A DNA stretch of 32,000 bases from Pseudodesulfovibrio piezophilus C1TLV30 (lineage in GTDB: Bacteria; Desulfobacterota; Desulfovibrionia; Desulfovibrionales; Desulfovibrionaceae), in assembly GCF_000341895.1 (NCBI RefSeq), contig NC_020409.1:3422411-3454410 (forward strand). Direction: 5' to 3'. The position numbers and the translations under genes are program-made. Positions 1-9,036 of the stretch are shown here, one piece after another. Each line of letters opens with the position of its first letter. Position 1 is the first letter of the stretch. The notes beneath the pieces were generated by a model. The model saw only the letters and a list, made by a program, of their open reading frames with translations. It was not told the origin of the DNA and did no database searches.

Positions 1-1216
1 TCAGGGAGTCGATCAGTTCAGTGACGGTCTCAACGAGATTAAATTTAGAATTAATGGCTTCAAGCACTCCGGTTTCCACGCTAGACAGGGAGAGCAGGTC
101 GTTGAGAACTTTTGTCAGATGACGCCCGGCGTCCATGGACAGAGAAAGATACTCCTGCTGCGCGGGGGTGAGATGGGTCCCCATGAGTATTTGGGTCATG
201 CCCAGAATCCCATTGAGGGGAGTCCTGAGTTCATGGCTCATGTTGGCAAGAAAGTGACTTTTTGCCTCATTGGCTTTTCGCGCTGCATGGCCTGTTTTCA
301 GAAGCTCAGTTTCAAGACGATTGCGCTGGAGCGTCCGCCACGCGGTTTCCATGAGCAGAGACAGGCAAAGAACATCATCATCAGTATAATCTTCTGCTTT
401 GTTGGCAACGCCAACAACCATGGTTATATGCCCGAGATCGATCACAGGGAGGCTCATGAGTCTATGCATAGGGACATGGCCGCTGGGCAGGTCCAGCTTG
501 TTTTCCATCCCATGGTAGTCATTGACGATGAGAGGGCCTCTTGTCTGCACTGTCGTGCCTAGAAGCCCGGCGTGGGTCACTTTGCAGAAAGTGTTTGGCT
601 CGGGAATGGTACAGTCTGCCTGGACCCGTGAAGACCAAGCATGAACCGCCAGTTCCGTCTCATTCTGATTGACGAGAAAGATGGACCCGTATGCGCTGAG
701 AGTGAATCGGACACCGTATTCAAGGGCGAGTTGCATAACGGTCTCGTCCGGTACATCCTCCTGACGCATCAATTTATTGAGTGCGTCAAGATACTCACAC
801 TGTCCGTCATTTTTCTCTTTTGTCTCGGTGGGGATTTTTTCGCGAGCTATCGTTATCCACGTTATTTGACCATTGATTGTTTCAAGGTAGGTTTGAACAT
901 CCACATGCAGTATGGCTCCGTCACGGGTTTGATAGGTCCGTTGGCATCGGGCAACGCCTTCCCGCTCCATAGTCTGGTGGTGTATCGCCGGGAATCCGAG
1001 GTGTGTCTCTATGGTAGAAAGAGGCATTCCTTCGAGTTCCGGGTAGGTATACCCGAGGCGTTCACATGCTGTTTTGTTACAACCAAGGATAGGCACACAC
1101 AGATCCCCGTGGTGAGGGATCGGAGGATGGACCAATACTATATCTCTGGTATGAAAACGCATCAGGTGATGAGGAAGAGGGAAGGAAGACATGGGCTGAT
1201 GTGGCTCTGTTGACAT
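1..1216 (-). CDS. Sensor histidine kinase, N-terminal part (PAS-like, GAF-like, HisKA). The 3' end lies beyond the left window edge.
   Basis: It is absent from the ORF track because it has no stop inside the window. Manual minus-strand translation from ATG 1216..1214 stays open to base 1: MSTEPHQPMSSFPLPHHLMRFHTRDIVLVHPP... It contains a PAS-like segment (ILGCNKTACERLGYTYPELEGMPLSTIE), a GAF-like segment (LIVNDYHGMENKLDLPSGHVPMHRLMSLPVIDLGHITMVVGVANK) and a classic H-box (SHFLANMSHELRTPLNGILGM). The start lies 11 nt after the stop of the upstream receiver gene. Confidence 0.85.
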   Translation of the reverse strand, partial: MSTEPHQPMSSFPLPHHLMRFHTRDIVLVHPPIPHHGDLCVPILGCNKTACERLGYTYPELEGMPLSTIETHLGFPAIHHQTMEREGVARCQRTYQTRDGAILHVDVQTYLETINGQITWITIAREKIPTETKEKNDGQCEYLDALNKLMRQEDVPDETVMQLALEYGVRFTLSAYGSIFLVNQNETELAVHAWSSRVQADCTIPEPNTFCKVTHAGLLGTTVQTRGPLIVNDYHGMENKLDLPSGHVPMHRLMSLPVIDLGHITMVVGVANKAEDYTDDDVLCLSLLMETAWRTLQRNRLETELLKTGHAARKANEAKSHFLANMSHELRTPLNGILGMTQILMGTHLTPAQQEYLSLSMDAGRHLTKVLNDLLSLSSVETGVLEAINSKFNLVETVTELIDSL

Positions 1217-1226
1217 GGGAAACTCT

Positions 1227-1823
1227 TCAACGGGCGGGCATGTGCCCAGGTGATGTCTTATCATGTTTGGTGACATGATGAGCGACGCAATTCAGAAGAC
1301 TTGATTTACTGACAGGCTTGGCAAGGTAGTCAGTGCATCCAGCCTTGAGGCATCGCTCCTGGTCTTCTTTAAATGTATTGGCCGTGACTGCTACTATCGG
1401 AACGAGAGAGTTCCCTTGTTCCTGTTCGAAACCGCGTATTTGTCGAGTTGCATCGTATCCATCCATGACGGGCATCTGGATATCCATCAGAACAAGATCA
1501 TATGATGTCTTTTTGAAAAGAGCGACAGCCTGTTCGCCATCCAGGGCAAAGTCGAGTTGACATGACGTGGGCTTGAAATAAAGCTCCATGAGTGCCTGAT
1601 TGCTTTCTGAATCCTCGGCTACCAATATGGAATATGGGTGGCCTGATAATGCGGTTATGGCCGCTTCAGGTCCGATTCTCGACTTCACGAAATGCTCCTT
1701 GACCAATCTTGGGAATTTCGCACAGCGCGGGTGGCGTGGCCTCAGTTTTTTCGATGCCTGCAAAGGGGCTGAGTCCCCTTCTACAGACATCGTCTTCTCG
1801 GAGCCACCCCAAGCTTTAGCCAA
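1227..1823 (-). CDS. Single-domain response regulator (CheY-like receiver). The true start is probably downstream of the longest-ORF start.
   Basis: The ORF-track protein contains a receiver domain: ILVAEDSESNQALMELYF...YDLVLMDIQMPVMDGYDATRQIR...IVAVTANTFKEDQERCLKAGCTDYLAKPV. The first ~60 aa are low-complexity and may not be translated. It is co-directional and nearly contiguous with the kinase gene at 1..1216. Confidence 0.8.
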   Translation of the reverse strand: MAKAWGGSEKTMSVEGDSAPLQASKKLRPRHPRCAKFPRLVKEHFVKSRIGPEAAITALSGHPYSILVAEDSESNQALMELYFKPTSCQLDFALDGEQAVALFKKTSYDLVLMDIQMPVMDGYDATRQIRGFEQEQGNSLVPIVAVTANTFKEDQERCLKAGCTDYLAKPVSKSSLLNCVAHHVTKHDKTSPGHMPAR

Positions 1824-1903
1824 AGGGAGTGGGAGTCCTGTCCGAGTATCATTTCAAACTATGGCACAATCCCGGAAGTATATCCAGGCATTGCCAAATC
1901 GCA

Positions 1904-2257
1904 TCAGAAGGTCAACTGCTTCCAGCCATCCTTGATCATTTCCGTCACGGGCGTTCCGACATAGACGACGTTGAGGTCCAAAGCCTCCAACGAAGCTGTT
2001 ACTCCGTAATTATCCGCACAGGCACGACATGCCCAGATTTCGACGCCGTCTGCCTTCATCTCCTTGAGCTTTGCCTGGATATCCTCATCTTCACTGACGA
2101 GTTTCGCGGATGGCCCCCAGATAATAAGCCGAACACGTCCCCACCATTCTTTCAAAAGCGCATTGTGTGCGTACATGAGGACAAGATTATGGGCGACTTC
2201 AGGGTTCTCGGAACTCCAGATGATAAAAATGGATTCGTTGAGTGGGATGTCGGTCAT
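1904..2257 (-). CDS. DsrE/DsrF-like family small protein
   Basis: ORF 1904..2335 was trimmed to the ATG at 2257..2255 (MTDIPLNESIFIIWSSENPEVAHNL...). That ATG follows an AAGGAGA Shine-Dalgarno (complement of 2261..2269) and lies 14 nt after the OsmC stop. The fold signature resembles DsrE-family proteins (IFIIWS..., LIIWGPS..., ACRACADNYGV). The family assignment is from memory of the family, not from a search. Confidence 0.6.
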   Translation of the reverse strand: MTDIPLNESIFIIWSSENPEVAHNLVLMYAHNALLKEWWGRVRLIIWGPSAKLVSEDEDIQAKLKEMKADGVEIWACRACADNYGVTASLEALDLNVVYVGTPVTEMIKDGWKQLTF

Positions 2258-2270
2258 GGGTGTCTCCTTG

Positions 2271-2669
2271 TTAGTTCGCGATGATCTCGAAATCGAGGCA
2301 GTCGCAAACATGTTTTTTGACAGTGCATTGATCAACTGCCCGGATCAAGGCAGGGCGATATTTTTCCGGAAAACCTTCGGGAAGGGTTATTTCGTATGTC
2401 ATTTTCTCGACTTTGAATCCCTTGTCGGCAAAATCGCACAGTACACGAATTCCCAGTCCCTCGTGATTCAATTCTCTCGTTTGGCAGAATTTTATGGCAT
2501 AAAATCCCGCGCATGTTGAAAGAGAGGCGAGGAATAGTTGAAAGGGGTTGGGCGCAGTTCCTTCTCCCCCTTTGTCGGTAGGCTGGTCAGTCGCAATACT
2601 CAAGCCGTCTATTTCAGCGTTGATTTTTACATTCCCCTTGAAAACAATATCAATAACTTTCTGATCCAT
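2271..2669 (-). CDS. OsmC/Ohr-family peroxiredoxin-like protein
   Basis: 132-aa ORF with the two conserved OsmC cysteine contexts (NPFQLFLASLSTCAG and AVDQCTVKKH) and typical OsmC length. Confidence 0.8.
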   Translation of the reverse strand: MDQKVIDIVFKGNVKINAEIDGLSIATDQPTDKGGEGTAPNPFQLFLASLSTCAGFYAIKFCQTRELNHEGLGIRVLCDFADKGFKVEKMTYEITLPEGFPEKYRPALIRAVDQCTVKKHVCDCLDFEIIAN

Positions 2670-2865
2670 GTGTTTTTTTCTCCGAATTCAGTATGGGTAC
2701 GTCGTGAGAAGAGTCTTTCTCTTCTTTGTGGAAGACAGGATAGCGAAGGCCATGATGCGGGGCAAGATGATGTTTGTCTTCATGATTTTTGATGCCCTCT
2801 TCAGATCAGATGATTGGATATGAAGTCGCTTCAATTGTATCAAAGGGAAATAAAAGGAGGCTACT

Positions 2866-3423
2866 ATGAAAACAGCGTTGATACTGATCGACATGCAAAA
2901 TGATTATTTCCCGGGTGGAGCCATGGAATTGGAAGGAAGTCTGGAGGCGGTATGGAAGGCGTCAGAGTTGCTCGAGTCATTTCGAAAGCGTGCACTTGAT
3001 ATTTTTCATGTCCGGCATGATTCAATCAAGGAGGACGCTTCATTCTTTCTTCCGGGAACTCATGGAGCTGAATTCCATGCCCGGGTTGTCCCTCGAGACG
3101 GGGAGCATGTCATTGTCAAAAATTTCCCTAACAGTTTTCGTGATACGGCTCTTTTCGATCAATTGAAAGAAGCTGGGATTTCCCGGCTGTTGGTTGCGGG
3201 CATGATGACGCATATGTGCGTGGATGCCACTGTCAGAGCTGCTGTTGATTTTGGGTTTGAGTGCGCTGTCGTGTCGAATGCCTCTGCGACCAGAAGGTTG
3301 CACTTCAACAAGACCAGTATCGCGGCCGCAGATGTTCACGGAGCTTTTCTGGCAGCACTCAGTGCAGCCTACGCCACAGTGCTGACAGCAGAGGAGGCAG
3401 GGGGCTGGGTGTCGCAGAAATAG
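2866..3423 (+). CDS. Isochorismatase-family cysteine hydrolase
   Basis: 185 aa. The N-terminus ALILIDMQNDYF (catalytic Asp context) and MMTHMCVDATVRAA (catalytic Cys context) are typical of the family. An AAGGAGG RBS at 2854..2860 sits 5 nt before the ATG. Confidence 0.85.
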   Translation: MKTALILIDMQNDYFPGGAMELEGSLEAVWKASELLESFRKRALDIFHVRHDSIKEDASFFLPGTHGAEFHARVVPRDGEHVIVKNFPNSFRDTALFDQLKEAGISRLLVAGMMTHMCVDATVRAAVDFGFECAVVSNASATRRLHFNKTSIAAADVHGAFLAALSAAYATVLTAEEAGGWVSQK

Positions 3424-3436
3424 GAGGTAACGGCTT

Positions 3437-4363
3437 CTATAGTGCGTCCACCAGGAGTGGTTCTCCTTTTTCCGGGGCAAGACGAAGGGAGAGTGCGTCT
3501 TTGGCGCAGGATTCGATGCAGAGACCGCATCCCATGCAGATCTCTTCGTCAATAACAGCTTTCCCATCGTCAAAACTGATAGCCAGAAATTGACATCTCT
3601 TGCCGCAGATTCCGCATGAGACACATTTTTCAGTGTCCACTTCCGCCAGGTAGCCCGATGAACACAGCATCTGGATACCCATTTCCTGCGCCTTCATAGC
3701 GCCACAGCAACATGAGCAGCAATTGCAGATGGCATAGAACCGCCCAAGCATCACATCCTTAAAGAAAGCATGAGAGACATGCCCCCTGGCATTTTCCGCC
3801 TTGAGAATGCTCACGGCTTCATCCACTGATATCTCACGAGTTTTGTCAGGGTGATGTTCCAGCATGAAGGAGCCGAAAGGATCGCCTATGAGAATACAGA
3901 CATCCAGCGGCAGGCAAGGGTTTTTCATCCCGGCACGGCACGGACAGTCCAGCAGTACGATCTTTTCCGGGTTTCGCAGCACTATTTCGCGAGCACGGGT
4001 GTAGGGGAGAACATGTTCACTGACCTGAGTATTGACCGGTCGGTTGAGCTTGACCAGCTTGGTGGCTTCGGCCAAAGGCATGGCTTTTCCGTGATATGTA
4101 TCGCTCCAGGTTGGTTTTTTCTGAGACGGGTCGCCCACTTTGCTTCCCTTGTCCGGGAGAAAAGGAGTCATGCGGTTGATGATGAAGATAAGCGGGGCCC
4201 AAAGATACCGCCACCATGGGGCTTTGTCTCCGGCCAAACCTATATAATGGTAGGCCCAGCGTCCGTAAATATATCCGTGAAGGCGTTCCAGAAAAGGAAG
4301 TCCATGGGCTTTGGCAGAGCGGAAATAGTTGATGGTCGATTGCTTGGCAAAGGGGAATTTCAT
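3437..4363 (-). CDS. Uncharacterised cysteine-rich iron-sulfur protein with a C-terminal 2x[4Fe-4S] ferredoxin domain
   Basis: 308-aa ORF with two canonical CxxCxxCxxxC motifs (CVSCGICGKRC, CMGCGLCIESC). It carries 11 further Cys, including DCPCRAGMKNPC and the run ICNCCSCCCG (nt 3701..3730, minus strand). Confidence 0.75.
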   Translation of the reverse strand: MKFPFAKQSTINYFRSAKAHGLPFLERLHGYIYGRWAYHYIGLAGDKAPWWRYLWAPLIFIINRMTPFLPDKGSKVGDPSQKKPTWSDTYHGKAMPLAEATKLVKLNRPVNTQVSEHVLPYTRAREIVLRNPEKIVLLDCPCRAGMKNPCLPLDVCILIGDPFGSFMLEHHPDKTREISVDEAVSILKAENARGHVSHAFFKDVMLGRFYAICNCCSCCCGAMKAQEMGIQMLCSSGYLAEVDTEKCVSCGICGKRCQFLAISFDDGKAVIDEEICMGCGLCIESCAKDALSLRLAPEKGEPLLVDAL

Positions 4364-4489
4364 GGTAAACAGGTGTTTTGTTGCAGGTTCAACGAAGCCC
4401 GAATTGTACCTGTCGCCTTAATAAAGTCAATGGACATCCTGAGTTTTGCGTGTCATTTGTGCAGCTATACCCTATCCTAGAGAGCTTTC

Positions 4490-5428
4490 ATGTTACGAAT
4501 TCTGCTTGTTGGTGTCCTTGCCTCCCTTTTTTTCAGTTCCACTTTTGTCCTTAACCGTGCCATGAGTCTTGAAGGCGGGCATTGGCTTTGGTCCGCGAGT
4601 CTGCGTTATTTCTGGATGCTGTTTTTTCTCGCGGTTTGGCTCGGGGTGACGGGGAAGGCTCGGTTGGGGATGGATGCTCTCCGACTGTTCAGGCAGCATC
4701 TCTTTTTCTGGATCGTAGCGGGCAGTGTCGGCTTTGGCGTTTTTTATGCTCTGATTACGTTCAGTTCCGTCTTTACGCCAGGATGGGTGGTGGCGGCAAC
4801 GTGGCAGTTGACAATCCTGGCTGCACCTTTGGTCCTGCTTGGTTTTGGCAGAAGGGTCCCTTTGCGTGCAGTCGCACTGACTCTGGTCATTTTTATCGGG
4901 GTTGTTCTTGTGAATATCGAGCAGGCATCCGTGGCCAGTCTTTCTGAGACTCTCTGGGGAGCATTGCCCGTGCTTGTCGCGGCTTTTGCCTATCCTTTCG
5001 GCAACCAGTTGGTGTGGGAAGCCAGACGGGGAGAAAAGACGTGGCTGCCGACTCTGGATCACCCGGCCATGGACGATGCTGTTTGTCGTGTCCTGTTGCT
5101 GACACTGGGATCACTGCCCTTATGGGGAGTCCTGCTCCTCGTGATATCACCACCTCCACCTTCTGTCGGACAGGTCACGCAGACAGCTCTTGTCGCGGTT
5201 TGTTCGGGAGTCATTGCCACCAGTCTGTTTCTCTACGCCCGCCATGAGGCCAAATCCACGGCAGAGCTTGCCGCAGCTGATTGCACGCAGTCCATGGAGG
5301 TGGTTTTTTCCCTTGCCGGGGAGACATTCCTGTTGGGCCATGTCTTGCCGGGAACTCTCGGATGGCTTGGCATTGGACTGACGATGCTTGGATTGATTCT
5401 GTATGTTAAGGTGCAAGCTCGCAGCTGA
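4490..5428 (+). CDS. Drug/metabolite transporter (DMT/EamA-like) superfamily membrane protein
   Basis: 312 aa, about 10 hydrophobic helices, Gly/Leu/Val-rich, no soluble domain. The N-terminus LLVGVLASLFFSSTFVLNRAMSLEGGHWLW resembles the family annotated as multidrug-resistance efflux transporter family proteins. Confidence 0.65.
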   Translation: MLRILLVGVLASLFFSSTFVLNRAMSLEGGHWLWSASLRYFWMLFFLAVWLGVTGKARLGMDALRLFRQHLFFWIVAGSVGFGVFYALITFSSVFTPGWVVAATWQLTILAAPLVLLGFGRRVPLRAVALTLVIFIGVVLVNIEQASVASLSETLWGALPVLVAAFAYPFGNQLVWEARRGEKTWLPTLDHPAMDDAVCRVLLLTLGSLPLWGVLLLVISPPPPSVGQVTQTALVAVCSGVIATSLFLYARHEAKSTAELAAADCTQSMEVVFSLAGETFLLGHVLPGTLGWLGIGLTMLGLILYVKVQARS

Positions 5429-5466
5429 TTTTTTCATGAAGAGAAGGAATATGGGCTGTACCATGA

Positions 5467-5502
5467 GAAAAGGGGACCGCGATTAATCGCAGTCCCCTTT
5501 TC
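5467..5502. terminator. Bidirectional intrinsic terminator between the convergent DMT transporter and typA genes
   Basis: GAAAAGGGGACCGCGAT-TA-ATCGCAGTCCCCTTTTC forms a roughly 16-bp stem with one mismatch. It is flanked by an A-run on one side and a T-run on the other, so it presents a U-tract on both strands. Confidence 0.8.
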
Positions 5503-5534
5503 TGTATTCTTGTCTTGGGTTGGAAGAAGAGCTT

Positions 5535-7376
5535 TTATTCTTTACCCTTTTTCTTCTTGCCATCAGTCCGGTGACGAACAAGAGCGGACAACTCGATCTT
5601 GCGCAAGCGAATCGATTCCGGGGTGACCTCGACCAACTCGTCATCCTTGATGAAGTTCAGGGCGTACTCGAGAGTCATGGGTTTGACCGGAGTCAGGATG
5701 ACTGCTTCATCTTTTCCACTGGCGCGCATGTTGGTCAGCTTCTTTTCCTTGGACGGGTTGACGTTGATGTCATTGTCCCGATTGTGCTCACCGATGATCA
5801 TTCCCTCGTAAAGAGGATCGCCGGGAACGACAAACATACGACCGCGTGGTTCCAGGTTGAAGATACCGTACGCAACAGCCTTGCCAGTCCGGTCTCCGAC
5901 CAGAGATCCGGTGTACCGTGAGTTGAATTCTCCACGATATTCGCCATATCCCTCCAAATAGGAGTTCATGATGCCGGTTCCCTTGGTGTCAGTGAGGAAT
6001 TCATCCCGATACCCGATGAGTGCGCGGGAAGGGACGGAGAATTCGAGGCGAACGCGTCCTGTTCCGTTGTTGACCATATTGGTCATTCGGCCTTTGCGAG
6101 TCTGAATTTTCTCGGTGACGATGCCCATGAAATCTTCGTCACAATCAACGAAGAGGTGTTCAATGGGTTCCAGCTTCTTGCCATCCTTGAATTTGAAAAT
6201 GACTTCAGGGCGACCGACGGACAGTTCAAATCCTTCGCGGCGCATTTGTTCCACGAGAATGGCCATCTGAAATTCGCCTCGTCCCTTGACCAGATAAGCG
6301 TCACGGTTCTCGGTGTCTTCCACTTGAATAGCGACGTTGAGCAAGGTTTCTTTCTGAAGGCGTTCGCGGATCTTGTTGGTCTGAACGTGAATGCCTTCCT
6401 TGCCTGCCAGAGGCGAGGTGTTGATTCCGAAGCGCATGGAAACCGTGGGTTCGTCAACCGTGATACGGGGCAAAGCCTTGGGGGATTCCTTGGTACAGAT
6501 GGTGTCGCCGATGTGAACATCTTCGATACCGGCGACAACGACGATGTCTCCGGGATTACACGTATCAGTGGGAACGACTTTCAGACCGTCGTAGGTCTGG
6601 AGTTTGGTGACTTTGAGGGAGACCTCTTTGCCTTCGTCAGCCAGACAGATCAACTGGTCGTTGGATTTGACTGATCCGTGGTGGACCTTGCCGATGGCGA
6701 GACGGCCCAGATAATCGGAGTAGGAGAGGTCTGAGACGAGCATCTGGAATGGTTCGTTCTCGTCGTAGGAAGGGCCGGGGACCTTGTCCACAACCATGTC
6801 GAGCAGGATGTGCAGGTTCTCACCGCGCTCTTCAGGGGTTTCCATGGCAATACCATCACGGCCGATAGCGTACAGCAGCGGGAAGTCCAGTTGATCTTCA
6901 GTTGCATCCAGATCAATGAACAGGTCGTAAATTTCGTTGAGCACTTCGCTCGGGCGGGCATCCTGGCGGTCAACCTTGTTGATGACGACCATCAAGGCGA
7001 GTCCTTGCTCCAGTGCTTTCTTGAGGACAAAGCGGGTCTGGGGCAGTGGGCCTTCGGATGCATCGACGAGGAGAATGGCACCATCGGCCATTGACAGGGA
7101 GCGCTCCACTTCACCGCCGAAGTCGGCGTGACCGGGAGTATCAATGATGTTGATTTTGACATCTCTCCAGGAGACAGAACAGTTCTTGGCGGAAATGGTA
7201 ATACCGCGCTCCCGTTCCAGGTCCATGGAGTCCATGATGCGGTCGTCCATTTCTTGTCCCTCGCGGAACAGGCCGGACTGTTTGAACATGGCATCCACAA
7301 GGGTGGTCTTGCCATGATCGACGTGGGCGATAATGGCGATATTGCGAAGTTTTTCGTTTGTCGTCTTGGTGGTCAT
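5535..7376 (-). CDS. typA: Translational GTPase TypA/BipA
   Basis: MTTKTTNEKLRNIAIIAHVDHGKTTLVDAM (G1), DTPGHADFGGEVER (G3), NKVDR (G4), and a length near 613 aa with a BipA-type C-terminal domain. The ORF-track start at 7466 adds 30 non-conserved residues, so the ATG at 7376..7374 is preferred. Confidence 0.93.
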   Translation of the reverse strand: MTTKTTNEKLRNIAIIAHVDHGKTTLVDAMFKQSGLFREGQEMDDRIMDSMDLERERGITISAKNCSVSWRDVKINIIDTPGHADFGGEVERSLSMADGAILLVDASEGPLPQTRFVLKKALEQGLALMVVINKVDRQDARPSEVLNEIYDLFIDLDATEDQLDFPLLYAIGRDGIAMETPEERGENLHILLDMVVDKVPGPSYDENEPFQMLVSDLSYSDYLGRLAIGKVHHGSVKSNDQLICLADEGKEVSLKVTKLQTYDGLKVVPTDTCNPGDIVVVAGIEDVHIGDTICTKESPKALPRITVDEPTVSMRFGINTSPLAGKEGIHVQTNKIRERLQKETLLNVAIQVEDTENRDAYLVKGRGEFQMAILVEQMRREGFELSVGRPEVIFKFKDGKKLEPIEHLFVDCDEDFMGIVTEKIQTRKGRMTNMVNNGTGRVRLEFSVPSRALIGYRDEFLTDTKGTGIMNSYLEGYGEYRGEFNSRYTGSLVGDRTGKAVAYGIFNLEPRGRMFVVPGDPLYEGMIIGEHNRDNDINVNPSKEKKLTNMRASGKDEAVILTPVKPMTLEYALNFIKDDELVEVTPESIRLRKIELSALVRHRTDGKKKKGKE

Positions 7377-7576
7377 GGGATCTCCAATAATATGTAATGG
7401 GCGCAATCGCGCAGGTGAGGGGGTACCCGAAACACTGCACGCTGGCAAGCAGAGAATGTGTGACACAGCAGAATACCATTCATCTTTTTTTGTTTATCGT
7501 ATAGATTGTCTGGGTTGCAAGTGACCGTAATTCGGAAGATGCGCCGTGCATTATTGTGGGTTTAAAGGAGAAAAAA

Positions 7577-9034
7577 ATGAATGAATACAGAATGGAACAT
7601 GATAGTCTCGGCGAGATACTTGTTCCTGAAGATGCCTACTATGGTGTGCAAACCCTTCGGGCCAGAGATAATTTTCATATTACCGGAATTCCCATGGCTC
7701 ATTATCCGCGTTTGATCGAAGCATTGGCGTATGTCAAACTCGCTGCCGCCGATGCCAATGCCTCTCTCGGGCTCTTGTCCGAGGAGAAAAGTCGGGCCAT
7801 CGTCCGTGCCTGCGAAGAATTGGTTTCCGGAAAATTGCATGATCAATTTGTCGTTGATATCGTGCAAGGTGGGGCAGGGACGTCGGCAAACATGAACGCC
7901 AATGAAGTTATCTGCAACCGAGCTTTGGAACTGATGGGTTTCAAGCTGGGAGATTATGACCATCTGCATCCGTTGAATGATGTTAATATGTCCCAATCCA
8001 CCAATGATGTTTTTCCGTCAGCGCTCAATATAGCCTTGATCCTCGACCTGCGCGAGCTTATGGACGCCATGCGCGTCCTTCAGAAAACCTTTGCTGCCAA
8101 AGGGCTGGAATTTGCCGATGTCCTCAAAATGGGCCGAACGCAATTGCAGGATGCTGTCCCAATGACGTTAGGTCAGGAATTCACGGCGTGGTCCGTGATG
8201 ATCGGCGAAGATGTACAGCGTGTGGACGAAGCCGAGGACCTCGTCTACGAGATCAATATGGGAGCCACGGCAATCGGAACAGGATTGAACGCACATCCTG
8301 ACTATGCACGAACTGTGACAGAAAAACTTATCGAGGTGACAACACTGAATCTGACCATGTCGCCGGATCTGGTGGAAGCAACACAGGATACGGGGGTCTA
8401 TGTTCAGCTTTCTGGGGTATTGAAACGGGTTGCGGTCAAACTCTCAAAAATTTGTAATGATTTGAGGCTGCTCTCGAGCGGACCTCGATGTGGTTTAAAC
8501 GAGATCAACCTGCCTCCCATGCAACCCGGATCATCCATCATGCCGGGTAAGGTCAATCCTGTTATCCCGGAAGTCGTGAATCAGGTCGCTTTTGCGGTGG
8601 TAGGGAATGATGTCACTGTTTCCATGGCCAGCGAGGCCGGGCAGTTGGAATTGAATGTGATGGAGCCTGTTATCGGGTATTCTCTCTTTCAGTCCATCAA
8701 TATGTTGCGTCGAGGGTGTCTGACGCTGGCGGACAAGTGCGTATCAGGTATTACAGCAAATAGGGAGCGATGCAGGGAACTGGTCGAACATTCCATCGGA
8801 CTCGTCACAGCCCTTAATCCGCATATCGGGTATGAGAAGTCTGCCGAGATAGCCAAGGAAGCAATGAGAACCGGAGGATCGGTGTATCAGATCGTGTTGG
8901 ACAAGGGATACCTGAGCAAAGATGAATTGGACGATATTCTGAAACCGGAAAACATGATCAAGCCGCGATATCTGCGGTGCTCTCCTGATAGAGTCGAAAA
9001 GACAGCCTTGTGTGAGAAAGAAGCCAATTCATAG
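7577..9034 (+). CDS. aspA: Aspartate ammonia-lyase (aspartase)
   Basis: Fumarase/aspartase superfamily signature GSSIMPGKVNPVIPE (the PVIPE variant is aspartase-type; class II fumarase has TQCE). N-terminus MNEYRMEHDSLGEILVPEDAYYGVQTLRA. An AAAGGAG RBS at 7564..7570 precedes the ATG at 7577. The track start at 7556 is a GTG inside the RBS region. Confidence 0.88.
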   Translation: MNEYRMEHDSLGEILVPEDAYYGVQTLRARDNFHITGIPMAHYPRLIEALAYVKLAAADANASLGLLSEEKSRAIVRACEELVSGKLHDQFVVDIVQGGAGTSANMNANEVICNRALELMGFKLGDYDHLHPLNDVNMSQSTNDVFPSALNIALILDLRELMDAMRVLQKTFAAKGLEFADVLKMGRTQLQDAVPMTLGQEFTAWSVMIGEDVQRVDEAEDLVYEINMGATAIGTGLNAHPDYARTVTEKLIEVTTLNLTMSPDLVEATQDTGVYVQLSGVLKRVAVKLSKICNDLRLLSSGPRCGLNEINLPPMQPGSSIMPGKVNPVIPEVVNQVAFAVVGNDVTVSMASEAGQLELNVMEPVIGYSLFQSINMLRRGCLTLADKCVSGITANRERCRELVEHSIGLVTALNPHIGYEKSAEIAKEAMRTGGSVYQIVLDKGYLSKDELDDILKPENMIKPRYLRCSPDRVEKTALCEKEANS

Positions 9035-9036
9035 GA

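Noticed and set aside
1862-1867. Additional TGGCAC hexamers (1862..1867, 18772..18777, 31548..31553) as possible sigma-54 promoters.
   Set aside because: None is followed by TTGC at the required N5 spacing. One lies on the wrong strand between two minus-strand genes, one lies inside por, and one overlaps the start codon of the sensor gene.
2538-2894. Small ORFs 2538..2792 (+) and 2688..2894 (-) in the OsmC / isochorismatase divergent intergenic region.
   Set aside because: They have no RBS, overlap the ends of well-supported genes, and give basic low-complexity translations. They are most likely spurious. Weak inverted repeats are present (for example GAGAAGAG-tcttt-CTCTTCT at about 2706..2727 and ATCAgaTGAT) but are too short to call.
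5535-7466. Longest-ORF N-terminal extensions: typA from 7466, the DsrE-like gene from 2335, aspA from 7556, rlpA from 9921, lctP from 20460, lutC from 28544, and the kinase from 11501.
   Set aside because: In each case an internal start has a proper Shine-Dalgarno sequence and coincides with the conserved family N-terminus or signal peptide. The upstream extension is unconserved, would overlap the neighbouring gene, or would include the RBS itself.
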